64,000 nucleotides of DNA from Chloroflexota bacterium (lineage in GTDB: Bacteria; Chloroflexota; UBA11872): assembly GCA_965220075.1 (NCBI GenBank), contig OZ244806.1:268647-332646 (forward strand), in the 5' to 3' direction. The notes under the pieces were generated by a model, which was given only the letters and a program-made list of their open reading frames with translations, did not search any database and was not told the origin of the DNA. Positions within the stretch are counted from its first letter, which is position 1; each line of letters opens with the position of its first letter. Positions 26,168 through 35,369 of the stretch are shown here, one piece after another. The position numbers and the translations under genes were made by a program.

Positions 26168-28003
26168 TTAGGCCGCCGGAATAACGGCTACCGATGTGGT
26201 GGCGTTGCTCGCCAGCCCGTGCGCGGTCCTCATCGCGCGCCAGACGGACCCGTCGAACAGCCCCACGCCGCTATCGGTAGCCGCCCAGATCCGGCCCTGC
26301 GAGTCCTCGGCGAGCGCCCTCACGGAGTTGGAAGGCAAGCCCGAGTTGGCCGTATTCGAGGTAGTGAACGAGCTGCCCGTCAAGCGGCTCACGCCGCCGG
26401 AGGTCGCAACCCAGACCGTGCCGTCGCTCGCGGCCAGGATGTCGCGAACCTCGTCGCTGCCCAAACCCTGCTGGCTCGTAAAGTTAGTCCAAGCTTGGAG
26501 GTTTTGCGTCATCGATAACCCGTCGGCGAGCGTTCCAAACCATATGCGCCCGCTGCCGTCGATCGCTATCGCCGTGATGTCGTTGCTGACGATCCCGGAG
26601 TTCTCGATCTTTAGCGTCTGCGGCCAGGTGTCGGTGGACTGCTCGTAAAGAGCCGCGCCGTTGCTGGTGGCAAGCCACACCCGCCCGAGTGTTTCGTCGA
26701 CGACGAAGATGTAGCGCACGGCCGTGCTCGGCAGGCTCGAGTTGTCGGGCCTGAATCTGCCCCATGAGCTGGCGCCGTCGAAGTTCGACGCGCCTCGATC
26801 CGGATGGGCCATCCATATGGTGTCTGACGACCCGCGCCCGGCAAGTGCGCGGATGTCGTCCGAGCCGATGGCGCCGCTCGTGTTGGCGCCGCGGAATCCA
26901 GCCCCACGCCCGTTGCGCCCGAGCTTGAACAGGCCCGCATCGGTTCCGGCCCACACGTTGCCGTCTTTGTCGGCATGGACCGCGTGCACGAGATTCGTGG
27001 TCAGGTCGGAGTTGTTAACGTCGAGTTTCAACCAGGCGCCCGCGTCGTAGACCGCGATTCCCGCGTCGGACGTGCCTAGCACGATCAGCTCGGCGGTCGT
27101 GCTGGGGAGCTGGGGCCGAGGCGTCGTAGTGGGTGCGGGGGCAGAAATGGGAGTGGGGGTCGCCAGGCGGTCCCGCTCCACTACCAGAGCGGCGTAGGCC
27201 TGGCCCGCCACGAGTGCGGCGGCGCCCCTGAACACGGCGACTTCGCTCTTGTCGGGGTAGAGACGATCGCGCAGCCGGTCGCCCAGCAACGCCATGTTCA
27301 CGCCGGCCGCCGGATTCGCCGGGTCGAACTCAAAGACGCCGGCCTGGAAGTACTGGCGTATCACCCCGGTCGGCGCCCACGCCATGTGGACCGTGCCGGG
27401 CTGGTTGGTATCTATACGAGCCTCGGTTTTGGGGAACCCAAGGGAATCCACCCCGCCGACCGCTTCGAAGAACTGCAAGAACCCGGTGCGGGTGCCGCCC
27501 ACCGCCCAGTTCGACACCTTGTGACTCCAGGGCCCTAACGTCTGGCCCGAGTTGTTGTTGGTCGTGCCCGGCTCCACGCCCAGGTCCTCACTGCCGCCCA
27601 CGCCGCCGCCGAAGTAGTCCCAGATCAGCCGCCGCTCCAGCGCGTACGTCCCGCCCACGCGGTGAAAATCGACCGCGCCTCGCTGGTAGTACTGGGTCAG
27701 CGTGCCCTTCTCTTCCACGAAGACCTCGGACGTCGCGTAGCCCCAGCGGCTGAGCCCTCCCGTCGACTCGAAGTGGGTCTTGAAATCGGCCACCAGCGTT
27801 TGTCCGTCCGCCCCGACCTGGAGCGACGGCACGTTGTGCTGGAGGTCCGGGTTATTGGGCGCGACTAGATGCGTGTTGGAGAGGACCGTGATGGCGCCGA
27901 AGCCGGTGGTGCTCTGAGCTAGCAGTCCGAGCGGTCCGACTATGGCCGCCGCCAGCAGCGCTAATAAACCGACTAAACCAATGGTGCGGACCGCCGCGGT
28001 CAT
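26168..28003 (-). CDS. Secreted beta-propeller protein (two-component-regulator propeller-type repeats) with N-terminal LGFP-like repeats
   Basis: Signal anchor MTAAVRTIGLVGLLALLAAA. Repeated units VWAGTDAGLFKL, VWLATSNGAALYE, IWFGTLADGLSM, VWVATSGGVSRL and IWAATDSGVGLFDG. Confidence 0.8.
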   Translation of the reverse strand: MTAAVRTIGLVGLLALLAAAIVGPLGLLAQSTTGFGAITVLSNTHLVAPNNPDLQHNVPSLQVGADGQTLVADFKTHFESTGGLSRWGYATSEVFVEEKGTLTQYYQRGAVDFHRVGGTYALERRLIWDYFGGGVGGSEDLGVEPGTTNNNSGQTLGPWSHKVSNWAVGGTRTGFLQFFEAVGGVDSLGFPKTEARIDTNQPGTVHMAWAPTGVIRQYFQAGVFEFDPANPAAGVNMALLGDRLRDRLYPDKSEVAVFRGAAALVAGQAYAALVVERDRLATPTPISAPAPTTTPRPQLPSTTAELIVLGTSDAGIAVYDAGAWLKLDVNNSDLTTNLVHAVHADKDGNVWAGTDAGLFKLGRNGRGAGFRGANTSGAIGSDDIRALAGRGSSDTIWMAHPDRGASNFDGASSWGRFRPDNSSLPSTAVRYIFVVDETLGRVWLATSNGAALYEQSTDTWPQTLKIENSGIVSNDITAIAIDGSGRIWFGTLADGLSMTQNLQAWTNFTSQQGLGSDEVRDILAASDGTVWVATSGGVSRLTGSSFTTSNTANSGLPSNSVRALAEDSQGRIWAATDSGVGLFDGSVWRAMRTAHGLASNATTSVAVIPAA

Positions 28004-28159
28004 AGGGTCGACCGCTCCTTGGCCGCTAAGTCTGCCCTTGGTGCCGTTCCAGCCTCCTGGGGGCCTTGCGCTGACGCCGGCGTGCCGACCGGGGAATTAT
28101 AGGCGACCTTGTCCCCGGCGGTCAGATGTAGGGCCGGTCGGGCGCCCGGCGTGACCGCC

Positions 28160-28435
28160 TCACTTGACGACCAGACCTATCAGAACGATCACCGTGCTGA
28201 GGAACGCGGTGAGGCCGACGCTGGTGAGCAGGTCGCGCCGGAGGTAGGGGAGAGGCGGGAGTCGGGGGGTGATCGCAGGCGAGGGCCTTGGCGCGGCGGC
28301 CGGTTCTCCGGCCGCCGCTCTTTCGTCGGGGACGCGGGCCGGCGCGGGGAGTGGCCGCCGGATCGGCTGCCGGCGTCTCCTCCGCGTTGAGCGTCGCCCG
28401 CCCGCCATCAGCCGGCGCCCCGGGGTAAAGCCCAC
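28160..28435 (-). CDS. Possible small tail-anchored membrane protein
   Basis: The Arg/Pro-rich N-terminus is doubtful. The C-terminal YLRRDLLTSVGLTAFLSTVIVLIGLVVK has good codon bias. Confidence 0.3.
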   Translation of the reverse strand: MGFTPGRRLMAGGRRSTRRRRRQPIRRPLPAPARVPDERAAAGEPAAAPRPSPAITPRLPPLPYLRRDLLTSVGLTAFLSTVIVLIGLVVK

Positions 28436-28459
28436 CGACCGCGCCGCTGCCCGCGAGCC

Positions 28460-28475
28460 TGCTTCACGTGAAACA
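28460..28475. promoter_or_regulatory. parS site (TGCTTCACGTGAAACA, 1 mismatch to consensus)
   Basis: Matches the 16-bp Spo0J/ParB consensus TGTTNCACGTGAAACA at 15 of 16 positions. Lies 1 nt beyond the parB stop codon. Confidence 0.7.
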
Positions 28476-28476
28476 C

Positions 28477-29331
28477 CTAGTCCCCCAGCAGGCGCTGCGC
28501 GATCGCGTCGATCTCCTCCGGTCCGTAGTACTCGATCACGATGCGGCCCCTCTGTGGAGTCCCGGAGATGCTCACGCGGGTGCCCAGTCCACGCTGCAGG
28601 CGCTGCGCCAGGCGCTGCATTTCCACGTCCGCATCACCCACGTCCTGCAGAACCGGTTTGCGTCCCTGCCGGCGCGCGCTGCGCTCCGCTTCGCGGACCG
28701 ACAGCCCTTCCCTGATTATCCGCAGTAGGAGCGCGCCCCGCACGCGCCCGGGCTCCATGCTCAGCAGCGCACGCGCGTGGCCCTCGCTTATCTGTCCGTT
28801 TGCCAGCGCTCCGCTGCTCATTGGCTCCAGGTCGAGCAGCCGCAGCGTGTTGGCCACGGCCGGCCTGCTTAGGCCCAGAGTCGCGGCAATCTCCGTTTGG
28901 CTGAGGCCGAAGTCCTCGGCCAGCGTTTGGTAGGCGCGGGCTCGCTCCAGCGGCCCCAGGTCGGATCGCTGCAAGTTCTCCACCAGCGCCAACTCGAGGC
29001 GCCCGCGGTCGTCGGTCTCTATCACCGTCACGGGCACGTCCGGCAGGCCGGCCTGCCGCGCAGCGCGCCAGCGACGCTCGCCGGCGACCAGGACGTAGAC
29101 GCCCGGGCGCTCCCGGTCGACCGTGACGAGCAGCGGCTGCAGGACGCCGTGACGCCGCATCGACTCCGCCAGCTCTGCGAGGCTCGAGTCCGGCAGGCTG
29201 CCCCGCGGCTGCCTCGGATTCGGCTCGATGCTCGTCGCCGGCACGCTGCGCCGGTCACCCAGCACGTCGCCCAGCACGCGCTCCAGGTCCCGGCCCAGCG
29301 CCTTCCTAGGCGGCACGCCGCAACACCTCAC
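28477..29331 (-). CDS. parB: Chromosome partitioning protein ParB/Spo0J
   Basis: ALGRDLERVLG, IEPNPRQPR, GERRWRAARQAGL, and HTH TQTEIAATLGLSRPAVANTLRLL. The start is GTG 29331 or GTG 29316. Confidence 0.92.
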   Translation of the reverse strand: MRCCGVPPRKALGRDLERVLGDVLGDRRSVPATSIEPNPRQPRGSLPDSSLAELAESMRRHGVLQPLLVTVDRERPGVYVLVAGERRWRAARQAGLPDVPVTVIETDDRGRLELALVENLQRSDLGPLERARAYQTLAEDFGLSQTEIAATLGLSRPAVANTLRLLDLEPMSSGALANGQISEGHARALLSMEPGRVRGALLLRIIREGLSVREAERSARRQGRKPVLQDVGDADVEMQRLAQRLQRGLGTRVSISGTPQRGRIVIEYYGPEEIDAIAQRLLGD

Positions 29332-30049
29332 AAGCGAACTCCCGGTGAGCCTCGGCCGCTGGACCGTTGGGATCGTGCTCGAAGATCGTGCGCCCGAATC
29401 CGGGCGCCTCCGCCACGCGCACGCTGCGCGGTATCACCGCCTTCGCGACCCGCTCTCCAAAATGCGCGCGTACCTCGCGGCTGACCTGGTGGGCCAGATT
29501 ATTGCGCGAATCGAACATGGTCAGCAGGTAGCGCAGCCCAGGACCGGCTGCCCACGCCCCCCGCACGCGCTCCACCGTGCCCAGCAGGCGCGCCAGGCCC
29601 TCGAGCGCCAAGTACTCGCACTGCACCGGCACGATCACCTCCTCGCAGGCCGCCAGGGCCAGCAGGGTCGAACCGTCGAGCGAGGGCGGGCAGTCCAGCA
29701 CGACGGCGCCATACTCGGCGCGGACTTCGTCTAGGGCCGCCGCCAGCCGGGAGCGGTCGGTTGCGCGATAGCCCGCCAGCCGCATGCTCGCCGGCGCCAG
29801 GACCAGCCGCTCGCGGCCGGTTGGCCAGCAGGCTGACTTGAGGCGGGCGCCGTCAAGCAGCACTTCGGCGATCGTGGGCTGAAGCTTCGCGCCGCCGAGG
29901 GTGCTCGTCGCGTTCGCTTGCGCGTCGAGGTCTACCAGCAGGACCCGCTGACCCATGCGCGCCAGGGCCGCGGCCAGGTTCACAGCCGTGGCGGTCTTGC
30001 CGACGCCGCCCTTCTGATTGGCCACGGAGTAGACGGTTGCGCTCATCAC
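29306..30049 (-). CDS. soj: Chromosome partitioning ATPase ParA/Soj
   Basis: Deviant Walker A NQKGGVGKTAT, plus LLVDLDAQANAT. Confidence 0.93.
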   Translation of the reverse strand: MMSATVYSVANQKGGVGKTATAVNLAAALARMGQRVLLVDLDAQANATSTLGGAKLQPTIAEVLLDGARLKSACWPTGRERLVLAPASMRLAGYRATDRSRLAAALDEVRAEYGAVVLDCPPSLDGSTLLALAACEEVIVPVQCEYLALEGLARLLGTVERVRGAWAAGPGLRYLLTMFDSRNNLAHQVSREVRAHFGERVAKAVIPRSVRVAEAPGFGRTIFEHDPNGPAAEAHREFACEVLRRAA

Positions 30050-30394
30050 GTGTGCGAACTGTCCACGGCGCGGCCTGGGGAGCGGCTACAGCACATAGTG
30101 TCGTTAAAGAAATGCTGCGGTTGCGGTTGGCGCGGGGAGCGTGGGGAAAAGCTCCCGTACGAGCGGCCGCGCCAGATGTGGGGCGGACTTTGCGCGGAGT
30201 GGACGCGGTGTGCATGCGACGAGCGTCGCGCGTGGATAAAGGCGTGGCGGCCTTGTAGGGCGGAAGTCGGCGCTGCTCCTGCCCGCCGTGCTAGCACGCC
30301 GCTAGGGCAGTAAAACGCAGCTGAACGGGAGGTTTGTCCACAAAAGCGGCAGGTTATCCACAGGAGCGGGAAGAACTGTCCACAGGGCGAGGGG
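30050..30394. other. Candidate oriC (dnaA-soj intergenic spacer)
   Basis: Five DnaA-box-like 9-mers plus a comparatively AT-rich patch around 30095-30118 (CACATAGTGTCGTTAAAGAAATGC). Confidence 0.5.
30334..30384 (+). promoter_or_regulatory. Three co-oriented DnaA boxes
   Basis: TTGTCCACA 30334-30342, TTATCCACA 30354-30362 (perfect) and CTGTCCACA 30376-30384. Also CTGTCCACG at 30059-30067 and TTATCCACG on the minus strand at 30231-30239. Confidence 0.65.
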
Positions 30395-31756
30395 CTAGGG
30401 CGAGTGGGCCAGGCGCGCGCGGATCTCGTCGATGTCGCGCCGCAGCTTATCGTCGAGCTGGATCTGGCGCCCAGTCTTCTTGTGGCCATGGAGCACCGTG
30501 GTGTGGTCCCGGCCGCCCAGCAGGCGGCCGATTTCGGGCAGCGTCAACCGCGCGTCGTCGCGGAGCAGGTACATGGCGATCTGGCGCGGACGTACGACGC
30601 GCGCGTCACGACGCGGCCCGCGCAGGTCGTCCGGAGAGAGACTGAAGTAACCGCTCGTGGTCTCGACTATGCGGTCCGGCGAGGGCGGGCCGTCGGCAGA
30701 GGCCAGGCCCAGACCGTCGAGCGCCTGCGCGGCCGTCTGCAGAGAACACTCCAGCCCGTTCAACTCGGCGTAGATGAGCGTGCGAGTGAGCGCGCCTTCG
30801 AGCTCACGGACATTGCGGCGCACACGGTCGGCGAGGTAGTCGATCACGTCGGCCGGCACGGCCGACTGTATGAGCGCCGCCTGGCGTTCGAGGAGCGCGC
30901 GCCGCAGGTCCAGGTCGGGCGCCTGGATGTCGGCCACAAGGCCGGCCTCGAAGCGGCTGCGCAGCCGATCGGCCAGGTAGCCGAGCTCCCCGGGCGGCCG
31001 ATCGCTGGCCAGGACGATTTGGCCGTCGGCCTCGTAGAGAGCGTTGAAGGTATGGAAGAGCTCCTCTTGCGAGGCCTCGCTGCGCCGCAGGAACTCGACG
31101 TCGTCCACCAGCAACACATCGATGTTGCGATAGCGCTCACGGAACTTGCGGCGGCGGTCGCCGCGAACGTCGGTGCGTATCGCCACCAGAAGATCGTTGG
31201 TAAAGGTCTCGCAAGTCGTGTAGCGAACCCGGGTGGTGGGGTCGCGCGCCAGGATCGCGTGACCGATGGCGTGCATGAGGTGCGTCTTCCCCAGCCCGAC
31301 GCCGCTGTAGATGAAGAGCGGGTTGTAGGCCCGTCCGGGCGACTCGCCGGTGCGCTGCGCGGCCGCGTGCGCCAGCCGGTTGGAGGCGCCTACCACGAAG
31401 CTCTCGAAGGTCAGGCGGGGTTGCAGACCCGCCGTGCGGGGTGCGCCGCCCGCAGGCCCCGGCGCCGCTGGGCCGGGCGGCAGCAGAGACGGCAGAGCAT
31501 CCCGCTCGGACGGCCTAACCACAAAGGTAACGGAGACATCCCTACCGGAAGCCTTAAGGAGGGCCTTGCTCACCAGGGGCAGGTATTTCCGCTCGACGGT
31601 TTCTTTTGCAAAGACCGTCGGGACGCCGATCACGACCTCGTCGTCAGAGCCTGAAACGAAGTGCGTATCCCGAAACCAAGCGGCAAAATCGGCCTTTGGA
31701 ACCTCGAGCTGCAACACGCCCAGAGCGGCGTCCCACATTCGTTGAGTAAGCGTCAC
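30395..31756 (-). CDS. dnaA: Chromosomal replication initiator DnaA
   Basis: Walker A GVGLGKTHLMHA, box VII DVEFL and the C-terminal DNA-binding helix IAMYLLRD...GGRDHTTVLHG. The start is GTG 31756 or ATG 31738. Confidence 0.95.
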   Translation of the reverse strand: MTLTQRMWDAALGVLQLEVPKADFAAWFRDTHFVSGSDDEVVIGVPTVFAKETVERKYLPLVSKALLKASGRDVSVTFVVRPSERDALPSLLPPGPAAPGPAGGAPRTAGLQPRLTFESFVVGASNRLAHAAAQRTGESPGRAYNPLFIYSGVGLGKTHLMHAIGHAILARDPTTRVRYTTCETFTNDLLVAIRTDVRGDRRRKFRERYRNIDVLLVDDVEFLRRSEASQEELFHTFNALYEADGQIVLASDRPPGELGYLADRLRSRFEAGLVADIQAPDLDLRRALLERQAALIQSAVPADVIDYLADRVRRNVRELEGALTRTLIYAELNGLECSLQTAAQALDGLGLASADGPPSPDRIVETTSGYFSLSPDDLRGPRRDARVVRPRQIAMYLLRDDARLTLPEIGRLLGGRDHTTVLHGHKKTGRQIQLDDKLRRDIDEIRARLAHSP

Positions 31757-32239
31757 GCCCTGGTCGTCGCACCGGTTGGTAGCTGGGGGCTGTGATCGTA
31801 GCAGAGGGCGGGAGCGTGAGTCCAAGCCCGCCCAAACCTGTTAGGGCACGATTCCGTAATATTTTCCAGAGAAAACCGGCCGTTACAGCCGACAACCGTA
31901 CAGAAGCGCTTAGTCACTGTGCGTGCGGCCGCTCCGGCGCCTCGCGGGGCGCGTTCCACGCGGCCGGCGAGGCGGGAGTTACTGTAGAGCACGGATGAGC
32001 GACCGCTGGCGATACGTGTAAAACGCGCACACGCACCGCCGCCGGCCCATGTCGAGACCGCCGAATCTGGAGCAGGCCACTATAGACATCGATCCGTTAC
32101 AATATGGCATATACGGCAACCACCATCGCATTACGGAGTTCCCCGTGTGGACGCCGAAAAGCCCTCCGGGGAAGGTGATCCGCGCCGGCGCGGGCGTACA
32201 ATTGGCAAGAGGAATGACGGGAAGAAATGTAGGTTCGAG

Positions 32240-32404
32240 ATGCGAGTGATTGTTTGCGGGCTGGCGCTGATCGGCCTCATGGTGGTGCTGCTCTTTCTGG
32301 CGGCGCTCGGGTTGTTCGCCTTTGACGAGTTCAAGAGGCGAATGGAGGCTGAGGCGCCCGAGTCCGCCACGGGCGACGCCGACGCCGACGCCGGAACCGC
32401 TTAG
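32240..32404 (+). CDS. Possible small membrane protein (54 aa)
   Basis: MRVIVCGLALIGLMVVLLFLAALGLFAF followed by an acidic tail. Weak RBS. Confidence 0.3.
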   Translation: MRVIVCGLALIGLMVVLLFLAALGLFAFDEFKRRMEAEAPESATGDADADAGTA

Positions 32405-32563
32405 CCCGCCCGCGGCCCGGCGAGCGCGCCAACGAGTGGCCGCGGCGCTGGCGCGTCGGCGCCTTGCAAACGGCCTTGCTAGTGCAAGAGGCCTGCGGAC
32501 GGGCGGCTGCGGACGACGCTGATGTTTTTCTGCGGGCGCCGCTTCCAACCGAGATCGAACCAG

Positions 32564-33166
32564 CTAGACGCCGAAGACCCCTAGCAGGTCGGCGCCGGCG
32601 AGACCCGCGAAGGCGAACCCGATGTTCTTGATGGCCCGGCCCGGCCAGGAGGCGGCCACGAAACGGACCACTCCGAACCTGGTGGAGCCGGCGATGATGC
32701 CGGCGACGTCGAAGAATGGATTTGGGATCAGCGCGAGTAGAAACAGGGTCACGACGCCGCGTCGCTGCATCCAGCGGTGCACCCTCGCGTAGCCGCGCAG
32801 GCGCGACGCGGCGCCCCGTCCGCTCCAGCCGACGTAGTAGCCGGAGAGCTCGCCTATCGTCTGGCCGGTGGCGGCTACCAGCCCCACCAGCCACGCATTC
32901 TGCAGCGCCTCCGCAAAGATGCCGACGACGACCGCGCCGGGCGCCGGAAGGATGAGCGTGGCGCTTGCCAGCGCGGTTAGCACGAGCACGGCCAGGTAGC
33001 CGGCGCCTTCGAAGCGGTCGCGCACCTCCTCGCCATACACGACCGCCAGCACGGCCACCGTGAACACGGTCAAGAGACCCAGCGCCTGAGCGATGCGCCG
33101 CGCCCACATACGCGCCGGCGGTTCCGCGGGTGCGCTGGCCGGGGCCTGTGCGGGAGGCTCGCTCAC
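32564..33166 (-). CDS. DedA/VTT (SNARE-associated) family membrane protein
   Basis: ILPAPGAVVV..., GELSGYYVG and LIPNPFFDVAGIIAG. Confidence 0.8.
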   Translation of the reverse strand: MSEPPAQAPASAPAEPPARMWARRIAQALGLLTVFTVAVLAVVYGEEVRDRFEGAGYLAVLVLTALASATLILPAPGAVVVGIFAEALQNAWLVGLVAATGQTIGELSGYYVGWSGRGAASRLRGYARVHRWMQRRGVVTLFLLALIPNPFFDVAGIIAGSTRFGVVRFVAASWPGRAIKNIGFAFAGLAGADLLGVFGV

Positions 33167-33208
33167 GGCGTGGTCTCGGCGAACGCGGCGGCGGCGGGCC
33201 GGCCGGCG

Positions 33209-34792
33209 CTAGAGGACGTACTCAATGAGCGTCGGGCCGGGCCGCGTCAGCGCCGCGCTGATCTGGCGGGCCAGCGCGTCAGGCGCGCGCACGCGCTCGG
33301 CGTGCGCGCCATAGGCGCGTCCCAGGGCGACGAAATCGGGGTTGCGCAGGCTCACGTCGAGCGTGCGGCCGGCGAAGGTGCCGCGCAGATAGCCGTCAAT
33401 CGCTCCCAACATCCCGTCGTTCAGCACCACGGCCACGAGGGACAGTTGCTCGCGCACCGCCGTCGCAAGCTCCGTGCTGGTGAACAGAAAGCCGCCGTCG
33501 CCGCTAATCGAGACGACGGGGCGGTCCGGGCAGGCCAGGCGGGCGCCGATGGCGGAAGGGAAGCTGAATCCGAGCGTCCCGAAATAGGCGGGGTACAGGA
33601 ATGAGCGCGGCGTGTCGGCCTCGAAGAGGCGCAGCGCGTCGTAGCTGACCATGGTCATGTCGTTGACGAAGACGCCGTTCTCGGGGAGCGCTCGGCGCAG
33701 CGCCCGTAGGATCGCGGCAGAGGGCGCGTAGCCGGGCGTGCGGTGCGCGGCGCGCACGGCCGCAACCTCCCGGTCGAGCTCCGGGTCGGGCGCGCGCGTG
33801 TGGTCCGGCAGCGCCTCCAGAAGGTCCTCGAGTGCGCTGGCGGCGTCCCCGTGCAGGCCCACGCTCGCCGGGTAGACAGCCCCAAATGCCGCGGCGTCCA
33901 GATCCACCTGGACCAGCCGCTCGGGCAGCGGCAAGCGGCCATAGTCGCTGACCAGCCCTCCCAGGCTGCAGCCGATCACCAGCGCGGCGTCGCGCCCACG
34001 CACGAAGTCGAAGGCCGTTTTGTCCTGGAACCCGCGGCACCCCAGCGCCAGCCGGTGCGTATCGGGGAAGGCCCCCTTGCCGGTGCGCATGGTGAGCACG
34101 GGCGCCTGCAGCCGCTCGGCCAGGCTGAGCACTTCGGGGGCCGCGTCCATGGCGCCGCTGCCCACCACCATCAGCGGCGCGCGCGCGTTGCCCAAGAGGA
34201 GCGCGGCGCGTTCCACCTCGTCGTAGGGCGCGCGCCGCGTCGGCGCCGACGACGGCTCGGGAACGTCCACCGCGTCTACCTCGGAGAGCAGGCCGAGCGG
34301 TATCTCCACGGAGGCCGGACCCGGCCGCGACGTGCGCATGTGGTGGACGGCCGTGCGCACCGCGTCGGCGATCTCGCGAACGCTGCGCGCCACGCGGTGA
34401 TACCCCACCAGGGAGCGCAGTAGCCCGGATTGACTGCCCAGCTCGTGCAGCTCGCCGCTCAGGCGGCGCGTCTCGCGCGGCTCCAGCGCGGTGGCTACGT
34501 GCAAGACGGGTGAGGAATCGGCGCGCGCCTCGCCCAGCCCGGTGGCGGCGTTGGTTATGCCGGGGCCGGTGATCGTGGAGACGCACGCGATCCGGCCGGA
34601 GGCCCGCGCGAATCCGTCGGCCATGAAGGCGGCGCCCTGTTCATGCCGCGTGAGCACGTGGCGCAGACCGCGGGCGTCCAGCAGCGCGTCGTAGAGTGCC
34701 GCGTTGTGCACGCCGGGGATGCCGAAGACGGTGTCGATCCCCGCCGCTTCGAGCGCGGCCACCAGCACCTGTCCGCCGCTTAAACGAGGCAT
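33209..34792 (-). CDS. Thiamine-pyrophosphate-dependent enzyme (acetolactate synthase-like)
   Basis: GIDTVFGIPGVHNAALYDAL, HEQGAAFMADGFAR and the TPP motif GDGGFLF...NDG. Start at Met7 (34792). Confidence 0.85.
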   Translation of the reverse strand: MPRLSGGQVLVAALEAAGIDTVFGIPGVHNAALYDALLDARGLRHVLTRHEQGAAFMADGFARASGRIACVSTITGPGITNAATGLGEARADSSPVLHVATALEPRETRRLSGELHELGSQSGLLRSLVGYHRVARSVREIADAVRTAVHHMRTSRPGPASVEIPLGLLSEVDAVDVPEPSSAPTRRAPYDEVERAALLLGNARAPLMVVGSGAMDAAPEVLSLAERLQAPVLTMRTGKGAFPDTHRLALGCRGFQDKTAFDFVRGRDAALVIGCSLGGLVSDYGRLPLPERLVQVDLDAAAFGAVYPASVGLHGDAASALEDLLEALPDHTRAPDPELDREVAAVRAAHRTPGYAPSAAILRALRRALPENGVFVNDMTMVSYDALRLFEADTPRSFLYPAYFGTLGFSFPSAIGARLACPDRPVVSISGDGGFLFTSTELATAVREQLSLVAVVLNDGMLGAIDGYLRGTFAGRTLDVSLRNPDFVALGRAYGAHAERVRAPDALARQISAALTRPGPTLIEYVL

Positions 34793-34924
34793 GCCCGGCT
34801 CGCTCCCCACACGGATGTCCGCATCGGCACAAGCGTAGCGTCTCGGGGGCCGGGCGGTTGGCAGGCCAGTGTAAGAGCCGCGGCGGCGGGCCTCCCGGCC
34901 CGTTCGCCTTGAGCTTTTGTAGGA

Positions 34925-34989
34925 CGTGGTTCGACAGGCTCACCACGAACGGAGGGGTACAACCGTAGGGGCGCTCCGCGAACCGCCCC
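34925..34989. repeat. REP mosaic: CGTGGTTCGACAGGCTCACCACG hairpin plus family A copy GGGGCGCTCCGCGAACCGCCCC (34968-34989)
   Basis: Read directly, in the long spacer between divergent genes. Confidence 0.6.
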
Positions 34990-35369
34990 TAACGCGGATT
35001 CCCTAAATTCACAAACGAAGTGCAACACCTCACGAAGGTCCTGCCGTGGGACTCCGATACACGCAGATCACCATTGACGAGCGGGGTGACGGATGAGGGC
35101 ACTCCCGCGTGACGGAAGGCGCCCGGCCGGCTGGCGTCGGGCGGTCCTTGGCGGCCGCCGCGATTGACCCGTCATCCCGGCGGCATCTGCATTACGAGGC
35201 CCCGCCGGCCAGCGGCCGGGAACACCTGTCGCGTCACTTGCCGCCGCCGCGGCACGTTGTCCGGTAGGTCGAGGCTGGTTGGAGGGCGCGGCGTCCAGAT
35301 TGAGCCCCGGACGCCATCCGTATGCGGCAAGCGCCTCTAGAATCGCAGCGATGACGCAGAGACAGGGCG

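Noticed and set aside
31826-32560. Expected rpmH/rnpA or dnaN near dnaA; ORFs 32049-32249 and 31979-32548
   Set aside because: No Lys/Arg-rich rpmH-like short ORF and no beta-clamp were seen. The listed ORFs lack an RBS, motifs and codon bias.
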